50,314 nt of DNA from Proteromonas lacertae. Taxonomy: Eukaryota. The DNA lies in the NCBI GenBank assembly GCA_002245135.1, contig NGBS01000910.1, forward strand, positions 1 to 50,314, given 5' to 3'. A program made the position numbers and the translations under genes. Below the pieces are notes generated by a model, which was not told where the DNA came from, made no database searches, and saw nothing but the letters and a program-made list of their open reading frames with translations. Below are positions 23,770-36,300 of the stretch, in pieces; the first letter of the stretch is position 1; each line of letters begins with the position of its first letter.

Positions 23770-26065
23770 ATGGAGCTTCAATTACATCGTATTGAATTTA
23801 CTCAAGTCGGTCCAATATCAGGGAAGCATGAACTAGTAGTATTCCCAGGAAATGAGAAAAAGAAGAGACAAAAGTTATGTGTAGGTGATGATAATGGCAA
23901 TTTATCATGCATAGGGTTAGAGAAAGGTCGTGATATTGTTTGGCAAAAGAAAAGTAAAGAAGGTAGTGGAATTAGTCGTTTAGAACTGGGTGGTGTTCCA
24001 GGAGCAAGAGATAATGTGTTCAGTGCAGGTAGTCATCAGGTACAAGGCTGGAGTCGTAAAGGTAAAGATTTTTTTAAATTAGTCTCAAACTCAGTGGAGT
24101 GTATATCAGCAATGGCAATAGATGATACAAAATTATTTTTATCAACAGATCTAATGTTAAATATGTATGATAACGGTAGAGATAAGTATTACTATATGTG
24201 TGAAGATAAAATCAATGATATTTGTTTATTGAGTTTAACTAAAGAGTTGGGTGTAGATGCATTCTTAGGATGTCAAGATCGTGAATTACGTGTAGTTCGA
24301 GACGGCTTGGTATCAATGGAAATCTCAGGTGAAGGACCAATAGAATGTGTTGTTGATTATACAAACTCATCTGGTAGTGAATATAAGAATATATTATATG
24401 GAACAAATAATGGTAAAATTTGTCAGATTATAGGTACAAAGGAAGGTTTACAAGCTGGTTGGATAATTCCTAATGAAGATAATAGTAATGTATTATCCTT
24501 AGAAACTTATGATTTTACTCATTCAGATCAATTAGAAATATTGGTAGGAAGAGATAATGGAAATATTCAAATATTATCATTTAGTATTCCTTCTGAAGCT
24601 GCTGTTTTAGTATTAATATATTATATTATATTATATTTATATATAGTATGAAAGTAATTTAGGTGAATCTATTCGTGGAATTGGTTCTGGAGCTATCAAT
24701 GATGTTCATTATGAAGATTTATGTATTGCAACTTACTCTGGTAGAATAATTACACTTACATCTCAACCATTACAAGTAGCAGCAAGTGATACGTATATAT
24801 ATATATATATTATTTTTATTATTATATATATAGAAGTAAAAAGAATAAAGCAACAGTAATGAGAGATGAAAGAATTAATCAATTGCAATTGGATATAAAG
24901 AACTTAGAAGCTCAAATTGAAAAAGAAAAACAAATCATTCAAAAATCAGGTAAAAAATATGCTCAAGTAAAACAGTCATTTTCTGTGAGTCATAGTATCA
25001 TATTAGATCCAGAGAAATCATGTTATGTTGTGACTTTAGAAATTCCTACTCCAATTGATAGTGTGTTATTGAGAAGTGAAAACGTTGTATATATATATAT
25101 ATTTATTGTTTTTTTATTTATTTTTTATCTATTTTCTTTTTAGTTGGATATATTAGATTCAAATTCCACCACATTCACAGTCTCCAAAACAGAAGGTGAT
25201 TCTTATAGTAAAACATTAGTGAACTACAAATGTCAAGAAGTAACTAACAGATTTGAATTAAGATACTAGAACAATAGAAGGAAGTGGAGGAATATTGAAC
25301 TTATATGTTACATCCAAATCTGAAGCCAAAAGTATGTAATCCAATAGAAATTGAGATTAAACCATTATCATTACATCACAGAGTAAGAGATATGTCGCCT
25401 GTAAAAAAGAATGATTTGACAATTACTGGAAAATTCAGAGCCAATCAAATCCATGATTGGATATCACATATATTACCAGATGTTCCACCAAGAATGACTA
25501 ATTCAGATATGATGGAATTAACCTATCAAAATGCTTATATTGGTACTATTTTGTACTGTAGATACAGAGAAGGTGAAGCTTACTTTTTATCAGATTCAAT
25601 TTCTACATTATCCATCATTAGAGATACAATTACTAACTTAGCAACAGAAAGAAAGATCTTTAGTCGGTAGTGATTATCATATTGATGAAGAATCTATTAA
25701 TTATATGTTAGAATTAATCCATCAGAAATTAGATTATCAAATTCTATTAGTAAAAAAGAACGAATTAATTGATCCGTTAAAAGAAATCACTCAACAAGAA
25801 GATTCAATTGACTTTTTAGAATTAGAATATCAAGAAGTATTGAAGAATGTAGAATTGATTCAATCTGAGTATGATAATAGAACCACTGCTTTACATAGTT
25901 TATGTGGTATTATTAGTGATTTGTATGTTGATTATAATAAATATAAAGGTAAGAATGTTATTGATAAGATACCAATGTTACAGAGATTGAATTGATGATG
26001 ATTATTCACTTGAAAATCTCATTGCTTTCTTTGAGAATAAGTATGTTCCTCCTAATGGATTTTAA
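23770..26065 (+). CDS. BBS7: BBSome subunit BBS7
   Basis: MELQLHRIEFTQVG...RQKLCVGDDNG...ISRLELGG...KGKDFF...YYMCEDKINDICL...LGCQDRELRV...ILVGRDNGNIQI...IKPLSLHHR...IHDWISHILPDVP...SDSISTLSIIRD match BBS7 along its length. Three introns and about four frameshifts in the 3' third. Confidence 0.92.
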
Positions 26066-26136
26066 TTATAAATTATATTATTATTATTGTTATGATAAAA
26101 ATGTGTTTTATTATTTATAATTTAGAATAACCCATA

Positions 26137-26147
26137 ACACACACAAT
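26137..26147 (-). terminator. GU-rich 3' element ATTGTGTGTGT (copy 3)
   Basis: Exact 11-mer ~35 nt downstream of the RPL13A stop. Confidence 0.45.
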
Positions 26148-26182
26148 TAAAGATTACCATTGTCTTCATTTTTAATATTTAT

Positions 26183-26791
26183 TTAAGCTACTGGTTTCTT
26201 AGCTGCAGCCATCTTTCTTTTGTAATATTCAGCAGCACGTGCACGACGTTTATCTTCAAGTCTCTATTAGAAATTATATAAAACTTCACTTTAAATATAC
26301 GTTAATTAAACCGTGGTGTGTCCATCCGAATAATCTTGCTAAATCTCCTAATTGAGCGGTTTTTCTGATTGGGTTTACTCTGATAACACGTAAAGCATTT
26401 GGTACAACCATACGTTTAACTCTTTCATATTGTGGTGGAATACCTTCAAATACTGTTAAGTTTTTTAAGGCGTTAGCACCTCTGGCGGTTTTGTGTGGAA
26501 TCATACCTCTTACAGTTCTATAGAACATACGAGCTGGTGTATGGAAGTGAATTGGACCACGAGCTGGGTTGGAGCACATTTGTTTGTGACATACTGAGGT
26601 GTATCTTACTTTATTTCTGAATACTATTATAATAGTAATTTAAATTAAAAAATACATGAACCAGACATTTCAATACCTTCACATCTTACAGCAACGATCT
26701 TTTGGCCGTTTAAAAGTTGTTTAGCAATGATAGAGGCAAGACGACCCATTAAGTGTCCTCTGCAGTCGATAACAATTTCTTTCTCAAACAT
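26183..26791 (-). CDS. RPL13A: 60S ribosomal protein L13a (uL13)
   Basis: [44 protein letters not shown]...[46 protein letters not shown]; two coding introns. Confidence 0.96.
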
Positions 26792-27073
26792 TTTCTATAA
26801 AGAGAGTAAAATGATATTTTATAAATGAAGAATAAGCTATAAAATTAATACTTTTGAAGACAAATGATGGTAAATGTATAGTTATTAATTATGCTTTGAT
26901 TACTATTGGTTTATTTAATCAATAAAATGCTCAAGTCAAGCTTTTTTATTCTTTTCATTTTTTTGAGATTATAAGAGGTTATCATTTGATATAAAATATG
27001 CTAAGTTGTACTTTTGTGTGGATTTTATCACATCAAAATTTCTATATTCAATAATAATAAAATTATTTATAAT

Positions 27074-28253
27074 TTAAGATTTAACTACAGCTCTTTGAAT
27101 TTCACATGCATTTCCATAAAATCCAGTAAAGCATTCACACAATCCAGTTGCAGTATTACACAATCCACGATTTCCACAAACACTTGTGTCTACAGCGTCT
27201 TTAACAGCTCCAGCTATTTCTATATTGCAATCAGGACATTTATCATTATCAAATAATTCAGATTCTAAAAATTTATTCACATCAACTCCTTCAACTTGAA
27301 TACGAATTGTATCAGCACCAGTAACTGCATCACCAGGTTTGCAATTTGAATTTTGTGTAATTTCAACTCTAATTTGTGTTAATGGTGGCATTACTCTTAA
27401 AGCAATTCTCACTTCTTCAGCATAATCTTTTAATTGAGATTCTGTTAAACACATAGCACTGTATTTGATTTACATCATTGCCTTCATTTTCAATTCTTCT
27501 TGTTACAATATTAAATGATTGATAAACAACACCATTATATTTATATCTTATAAAATGAGTTGGAAAGTTTGGATCTGGTTGATAACCTAATATTAATGTT
27601 GGATAATTATGTTGAATAGGATCAAATGCCATTGGACAAGTCCTTTCGCTACAAGATGAACCACTCCAACCATCATCACAATAACATGAATATTCTTTCT
27701 CAGTTTCCCAACTACTGTACTTACTAGCAGTACGGGTTAATAGATTAGCGGTTGAAATACATCTTCCATGACCTGAACAGTAGGTTCCATTGTTAGCTGT
27801 TGGACAAGATTCTATTGAATATTAGATTATTAATATTAGTATACTTCTTTGACATGCAGATCCTGTATATCCTGGGAAACATCTACATTCTCCAGCTTGA
27901 CGGTCACATACGCCTGCATTCGAACATTCTGCATATCCATGAATAGATTCAATATTTTTATCCATTTCAGGTACTTTTGCGGCAAACCATTGGATTTTAA
28001 CTTCATCTGCAGTTATTTTACCATCGTGGTTGAGATCACCTAATTCAGAATAAGTCCAACTATCACTGTATGGACATGAACCTATAAATCATAATAAATA
28101 AATTCAAATACGTTCTGAGCAATCAGCAGCTCCCCAACCAGGATAACACTCACATTTATCTTTTTTCTGGCAAACACCATGGCCACTACACATATTTTCA
28201 CATGCTAGTATTGTTGTTATAAATAAACAACTAATAACCACTATATTCTTCAT
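27074..28253 (-). CDS. Secreted Cys-rich EGF-like tubular mastigoneme/somatoneme protein (Sig1/OCM family)
   Basis: Signal peptide, then CENMCSGHGVC...CECYPGWGAADCSE|..CP...W...GDLNHDG...HGYAECSNAGVCDRQAGECRCFPGYTGSACQR|..CP...CSGHGRC...Y..WE...CYCDDGWSGSSCSERTCP..FDP, and terminal CGNRGLCNTATGLCECFTGFYGNAC. Two introns and one frameshift at ~27460. Confidence 0.8.
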
Positions 28254-28535
28254 AACAACGTAAAGTAGTATTTCTTTAAAAACCCCAATTTCAAAATGGG
28301 TTTTTATTTTTGAAATTATTTAAAAATCTCATGAATTAAAGCGTAGTAAAGCTTTCATATATCATTACCATAATAATTATAGTTTTTTAGTTCAATAAAT
28401 GCTAATAATTAATTGAATTAGACTAATCATTTTTTAAAAATAATCTACAACACATCATACATTTCACTTGACTTATATAAACAACAAATTTAATTAATAT
28501 AGTAATTATTGAAACAAATATATATATTATTTCTA

Positions 28536-30240
28536 TTATCTACTTCCTTCTCTTCTTCTTCTCTTTCTATTATCATATGACGGACTTCTACTTCTACTCC
28601 TTCTACTTTTTCTTCTATTCCTTTTATCATCATCATATCTTTTCTTATCACGGTAAGTACTATATCTATCATCTCTATTACTATATGAATGATATCTACG
28701 AAGATGATGACGACTACTGTTATGTCTCGAATGAGAGTGACTATGATTTCTTCTATTATTTCTTCTATTATTACTAATACTTCTTCTTCTTCTCTTTCTA
28801 CTACTATCTTTATTGTTAGTAGAATGTCTTTTGTGTGAAATAGAACGAGAGGATGATCTTGATCTAGATGAGGATGAGGAATAAGAAGATGGTGACTTTG
28901 ATCTTGATGGAGAAGAAGAAGAAGATGATGATGATGATGAAGATGATGATGATGAACTATTTCTTCTTAGTGGAATATCTGGTGAATATTGCATAAGAGA
29001 AGATGAGGAAGAAGAAGAAGAGTTATCTGCTTTTGTATCTGATGATGATAATGGTTGAGATTGTTGTGATAATATTGGCTGTGATTGTTGAGAAGGTGTT
29101 ATTGTTTGAGGTAAAGGTGAAGATTGTTGTTTTATTTGTAGTTGTGGTTGGTGAATATGTTGATGATATTGATGTTGATGATGGTGATGTGGTTTATTAT
29201 TAGAAACTATATAATATATATATATATATATATAGATTATATACAATTAACAGGATTATTTAATTGTTGTAGTTGTTGTTGCTGTTGAGGTATTGCTAAT
29301 GAAGGTAATGGAGTAATATTATCCATAATCACTGGGATTTGAACAGGAGGTAAGCCAACAGGAGGATCAACGAATGGTAATCTTATATTATTGGCTTTTA
29401 ACTTACTTAATATTTCTAATTCAAATCTATAAACACTGGCATTAGTACGATTGTAATATTTCATTATTATATAGTGAATTATTGTACATGGACCTTCTTC
29501 TATATTTAATTCATTACGCCAAGTGGATATATCAACTCCATTCATTTTACCACTAAATATCAACAAGGCAGCAGCTATCTTATCAGGTGTATAAATGAGT
29601 GGTAATTTTGTTCCAAAACTATCATTTACTAAATAGATTGCATTTTGTGTGACATCTTTATTTTTTTCTATTTTTAGCTTTTTTATATATTCAAAAACAT
29701 AAGACCAAGGATGTTCAAACATTAAGTCAAATGTGAGGGTTTTGAGTAGATCTAACTCCATACGCAGCACACTATCTTGGATTGATAAATACTATGATTA
29801 TTATTATATAAATATATATATTAACTGATACTTCTAGTTGGTTAATTGTTTTACCTTGGAAAAAATGTTTTATAGCTGCAACTATTACATCTTTTATATT
29901 CTTTTTGTTATCATCAATTTTGCAAGCTAAAAAAAGACAAGTTGTTGAAATCTTCTATAAAATGATAAATAGATATTATAATACCAATTCATCAAATTCT
30001 ATTAATGAATGCTGAGTATAATATCTAAGAAAAAGGATTTGGGCTGTTGCTTGAATAAATTTACTTCTAAAAATGCACATTATTTATATGAACTATATAC
30101 ATTCCTAATAATTTCCCAATTTCTCTCATTGTAACCCACATACTACTTACGATCTCTAATTCCTTTGATGGGATCATACCGTCACTCCTGGAAGGACTTT
30201 GCTCAACTTGCTGTAGTGTGAAATACCAGTTATCTGACAT
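28536..30240 (-). CDS. Transcriptional cyclin (cyclin K/T/L family) with Q/S-rich and RS-rich C-terminus
   Basis: MSDNWYFTLQQVEQSPSRSDG...ATAQILFLRYY...TTCLFLACKID...MELDLLKTLTFDLMFEHPWSY...AIYLVNDSF; tail RSRSRSPSY. Confidence 0.85.
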
Positions 30241-30392
30241 TTATTTGTTTGGCGTACCTTATTCAATGCTAAAAATACAAAAAATGATTTTGAAAAATAA
30301 AAATTTGTTCGTTTCTATGTTTTTAAAAAACGATTTTCTTTGAATGTCTAAAACCATATAATTATTAAAACTACTTAAATTATCAAATATTT

Positions 30393-33300
30393 CTACTTAG
30401 TTTCAGCCTTCGGTTTTTCATCCTCTTTTTTTGATTTATCTAAATTATCTTCTTTCTTTTCTTCTGATTTTGGTGCTTCAGTTTTTGTTTTATCTGTTTC
30501 GTCATTTTTCTTTTCTTTATTACCTTCTTTCTTTTCTTTCTTTTCATCATCTTTTTTCTCTTCCTTCACATCCTTCTTATCATCCTTTCCTTTCACCTCC
30601 ACTTTCTCACCTTCTTTTTCTTCTTTTTCTTCTTTCACATTATCATCGTCCTTTTTTACCTCATTTTTTTCTTCTTTCTTTTCATCATTATTATTTTCAC
30701 CATCTTCTTTAACACTCTTCTTTGCTTCTTCTTCTTCTTCTCTTCTTTTACCTTCCAACTCATCATCTATCACAATTTTATATTTATTATCATAATCTAT
30801 ATTCAAATTACTATCATACCAACTTGGTGCTTTAATATCATCATTGTTATTATTATATCTACTTCTCTCTTCATCACGTTTTATATTCTTATTCCTATTA
30901 TCTTCAGACATTCTCTTCTTCATTTCTATTGATACTTGTCTCATTTTATTATACTTCAATTCCATTCTATCAACATGACCTCTGTATACTCTTTGAATGC
31001 AAATTGCTGCAGCTATTTGAAGTTCTTTTTCTGCTTTTTCTTCTGCTGTTAATGCTTCAATCCTGTGAGCAACTTTTCTTCCTAAATGACCTCGAATATA
31101 ACTTTGTATTTTGATAATGGATGCTTCTTGTTTCTTTCTTAGATTTGCTTTTTTAATCAATTTTTCTCTACTAATTGTTCCACTTCCACTGTACTTTTCT
31201 TCTCTTCGTTTTTGACCAATCATTGCTTTATCTGTAGCTTCTTTGATTTCTCTTAATCTCTTTTCTAATTGTTGTTTCTCTTTAATCATTGCTTTTCTTT
31301 CTTCACTTTCTTCTTTTTCATTCATTTCACTCAATATTCCTCTGCTTGCAGCTTCTCCTTTTCTCAATAAAGTCATTATTCTAAAATATTCAAGCACTAA
31401 TGAGAAAATACCAAACTTTAATGTTCTTTCAGTTTGATTGAATAATTCATCACTTATTTTCTTCTTCTGTTGGAATATCAAATCATGTTCTTTCATCATT
31501 TTACTCTCTTTTGCTTTGGCTAATTGCTCAAATGATTCTTCATCTTCATTTTTCTTTTCTTTCTTCAGATTATTACTGACTTGGTTATGAACAGTTATTA
31601 TCTTATTATCAATAGAAGGAACATATCCCATCACGTTGTATTTAGATTCAATTTCTCCGAAGTACCAACCTTCATACATCCAATCTAATATACCATTAAT
31701 CACATCATAAGCAGCATCTTCAGCTATTAATTGTTGTCGATATTCTTCTAAAGTTTCAATAGCATACTCTTTAAACATTGTTTGTTCATTTCCTTGAATT
31801 GATTTGATTGTAATCATGGAGGATGTTGCATTGTATGCATTGTGTAACTCTTTATCAACTTCTGTTAGTCTTATTTTTCTTTCTATTTCCTTCAATTCTA
31901 TTTGCATTTCTAATATACAATCATCTTTGTTGTATTTCATTGGAGATCCTCCACTTTGTTTTGCAGATCGGGGAATATAACTTTCTACTGATTTTGTACT
32001 GGCTGGCAATTGCTTAACGGATAATAACTCATTTTCTAACTCAACGGATCTATTGGTTAATTGTTCAATATCAGCCATTGGCTTCCAAGTACATTTTCCA
32101 CCATTTGCATTATTAATACCACCACATGCTTTGCATATATTTCCTTCATCTTTGGACTCTTCTTCTTCAGCTGCTTCCATTCTAAATATACTTTGACGAA
32201 GCTTGGCTCGAGCAAAATCTTTGTATGAAGAGGTTGAATTGTAATTTGCACCACTTCTACTACTTTTTAATAACATACTCTTTTTACTACTACCCATCAT
32301 ATTATTAGTACTCTTCTTTTGATCAACATTCAATTTCAATTGTTTTGCCATTTCCTCTTTCTCTTCTATATCAATAGCTGTTGGATTAACATCCACAAAT
32401 TTAAACTCTTTTCTTTTCACTTCTTTCACTACATTTGGGAATTTATCATTTTCTCTCTCTTCAATCTGTTTTATCAATAATTTCTCAATTTCTTCGATTA
32501 ATAATTGCTGCAGTATTGGCGTTTGATATCTCTGAACTACTCCTTCTAATATATTCGAATCAATAAAGTTCTTTTTACATACATTCACTCTCTTTAATTC
32601 TTCTAATAATATAACACATCTTTCATCAATATCACAATTATTCACATCTTTTCTTTCATTGGCATTATACATTCGATTATTATTATTGTTGTTGTTTTTA
32701 TCATTATTATTTCTATTGTTATTGTTATTCATATATTTATCAATCAAGTGCCTTGTTCTTATCTCTTTTTCATCAGTCAAATCCTCTAATTTTGCATTCA
32801 TTATTCTCTTCAATTCATCTAATTTGAATGGTCCTTCTGGTTCAGTAATTCCTAATAAATCTTTATCATCTAATCCATCACCTTTTTCTGCTTTACAAGG
32901 ACCATAGAACTCAGGACATAGTACTCTCTCTGTTCTCACCCATTCTTGTTCTTCTGAACTACGATCTACAGCTGGTTTGGATCTTGCAATTACTGCAATA
33001 TCTCCTAACGATTCATTCGCTTTTGGTTCACTTTCACTGTATTTAGTGAGTAATTTATGAACAATTAATTCTTCAGGTAATAAATCACAAGGTTGTGAAT
33101 GTTTTAATCTTTTCAATTCAATTTGTTTGTATGGTGATTTATCTACATCAGGATCAGTATAATTAGATGGGTAATTGGATGGATTAATGATATAATCATA
33201 TAATCTCCATGCTCTATCATCTTTATCTAATTCTTCTAATGATTTATGTCTCATTCTCTCAGCATCACTCATAAAGTTTGGTAATTCCTTTTTCAACATA

Positions 33301-36300
33301 TCAGCTACCCATAAATAACCTGGCATTCCTTCTTTACTTAGATACTGTAATAATTCAGTTCGTGATTTATTGGGGTAAATTTGAGTAAATCCATCAGGAA
33401 TGCATTCTTTCCATTTATTATAAATGACTTTGCCTTCATCTACTTTCTTCTTTCTTATATTCAAAGCAGCTTTCATTTGTGTAAGACTAACTACAATATC
33501 ATTGAATTCATCTCTTCTGTAACCTAATAAACTGACAATATTGGCGAATTCTGATTCTAATTTACTGATTTCTCTGGAAATACGAAGTATATCATTACTT
33601 GTTAAATCTCGACTATGAGCCAATTGATCCTGTAGTTTTTTAATATTCATTTCTTTATTCTTAGCATCAGTGAGTGTATTCTTTAATACTTTATCACATA
33701 CTTTTCTCTTCCATTCAGCTAATTCTACACATTCTTCAATATGTTCGATTTCTTTATCATATTTTGTTATTTCAAATTGTAATTGTTCAGCTTTCAATGC
33801 AGAATCTGTTAATGCATATTTGATTGTATGACCAATTTGAGCTTCTACTGTTATTGAATATTTTGTTCTTGATGCTGAATTAATTACAATTTGATAAATA
33901 CCACTTATTACTGGAATAGCAATTGGTTCATGATGTATAATGATTCTTCCATTTTGTGTCTCTGTGTTTAGTATGACGTCATCTTCACCTGAATAACCAA
34001 TAGAAATTGATTTCTCTTCATTGGGTAATTTTCGATATAATGATGCACCAATTCTTCCAACAATATAACTACTTTCATTGCTATTATCTTTATGTAACAA
34101 CATACCTTTATAAGTAATAATCACTCTTAATTGAATGAAAGGAATATCATTTGGAACTTCAAATGTATGAACTCTTGTTTCTTGGATTAATAAACTACTT
34201 TGATTCACTTTAAAAATCTCTAAAAATTGATTGGTTATAATTAATCCATCCATTCCTTGTCTCAGTGTGTTTGGGACTTCACTCAGATCGTGTAATATCT
34301 TTGTTTTTAACATTGTTTCATTATCACGACTGTTTCTTACATTATCTGGATTGTAACGATTGTATATTTCATGACAAATTCTATTTTCTGGACTTAGTTG
34401 CTTTTTGGTTTTATATAATATTTGATAGAGTTTATCAAATATTAATTTTGGATATTTTTCTTGAGCTACTTTTCTTTCCTCTTCGCTGTACATTTCTGGA
34501 TATAAAACACAATCCAATATACACCATTCATTCTCATTTTCATTTCTATCTTCTGGTAACTTTGCTCTAATATTCACAACTCTTTTCTTCATTGAAACTA
34601 ATAAATCTTCTTCTTCTTCAGATAATTTGACATTTTTATCTTCACTATACCAATAATCTATTCCTTTGTTAAAATCAATAGTCTTTATCAGTGTATGTGC
34701 ATGTATTTCATCTCTATTTAGTAAGACAGGTAATGCTTCATTTAATCTATTTGGCATTGTACGAATATGAACCAATTGTTCTCTAGATAATTTAGTTTGA
34801 TATTCAGATTCGATATTTAATATATGTTGTGGATCACCTTCAATTCTTTCATATATATCAGGATTTAAGACTCGATCAATAGCAGTCCAATTTCTTTCAA
34901 TTTTATTTCTCACATTAAATGGCTTCTTCCTAATAATTACAGCTAAATTGTCATTCGATCCATATTGATAAGATTCTAGTCGTTTTCTTTTCGCCATTTC
35001 TTCACTCTGATCTTCCTCTGATCTTTGATCAATCATTGGACGAGAAACTGCTTGCTGGTATAACAGTGTATTTTCTTCATTTAAGACTCTTAATATTTCC
35101 AATTCCTTTAATACATCTTTATATCCAACATTATTCTCTTCTTGTAGTTTAATTTCTCTATCTCTTTCTTCTTGCCAAGTTTTTAACTTGTTTTCTAATT
35201 GTTCATATTCATGTTCTGAATTTTCTACGAATATTTTCTTATCTACTCTTTGTCTTATTCCTGCTTCGATGATTGATGTGTCTATATAGTTGGTTTTTAA
35301 TTTCTTTGCTCGATCTAACTCTTTTTGGATTAAATTCATTCTGTATTTACATTCAGCTATTTCTTTGTCTAGTAATACTTGTTTCTTTGTTGCATTTTCT
35401 TCATTATTTCTATGTTTAGCCTTTATCTTGTTCAAGTTTTCCATCATCTCATTACATTGTGTTTTTACTTCCAATATTTGTTTCTGCTTCTCTTTTAATA
35501 ACAACTGCAATCTTTGAACACCTATATCAGCTTCTTCAAGGATTTTTGTTGCGGCTTGATATTGAGGTTCGGCTCGTTCAATGGCTCGATTCAAATCTTC
35601 TTTTTCTTCTGTAAACTCTTTGATTTGGTTATTTGCAGTTACAACAGCTTCTCCAGTACCTTCCTTATTTACTTTCCTTGCAGCTTTCAAAGCTTTGCAG
35701 ATACACCTATATTGTCGATTCATCCTCAATATCTCTTCAGAAGCAACTTCTTTTGCATTTACAACGGTCTCTCTTGATCTTAAAGCAGCAATCTTCCTTT
35801 CTTTCAACTCATTCACTTCATACTTCAACATTGCGAATTTAACGAGTAATTCATACAACTCTGGTTTATTCATATCAGAATATGTCTGCTTAATCTGTTC
35901 TCGAATATTCTTCTCATTTAGATCACTATCAATATTCGTCAAATCTTCTAATCTTTTTCTTGACTCTTCTTCTTCTTCTATCATCTCTTTTTCTCTTTCA
36001 GCTGCATTTAATCTCAACTCCATTTCCTCTTCTTCCTTATTATGATCATCAGTATATAGATCTTGCACTCCTTTAATAAACATCTTTGCATATTCTGATT
36101 GAACTTTCCATCTTTTCATCTCCTTCTCCCACTTCACATATCTTTCCATACTTCTATCTTCAATTACCATCAATCTTCTTTCCATATACATATTCTGCTT
36201 TTCTGTCATTTTTTCATGTTTTATTCTATACCTTTCAATCTCTTCTTTGAGTAATTCTTCATCTTGTTTCTTGACTTGATCTTTTTCAAATATTATTCTT

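Noticed and set aside
25255..26000. BBS7 as a true pseudogene
   Set aside because: The protein stays well conserved across the breaks, and the same kind of indel hits PRP18 and PKG, so assembly error is more parsimonious.
26795..26852. Possible snoRNA in the putative RPL13A 5' UTR intron
   Set aside because: Only ~57 nt, with no convincing C/D or H/ACA box arrangement.
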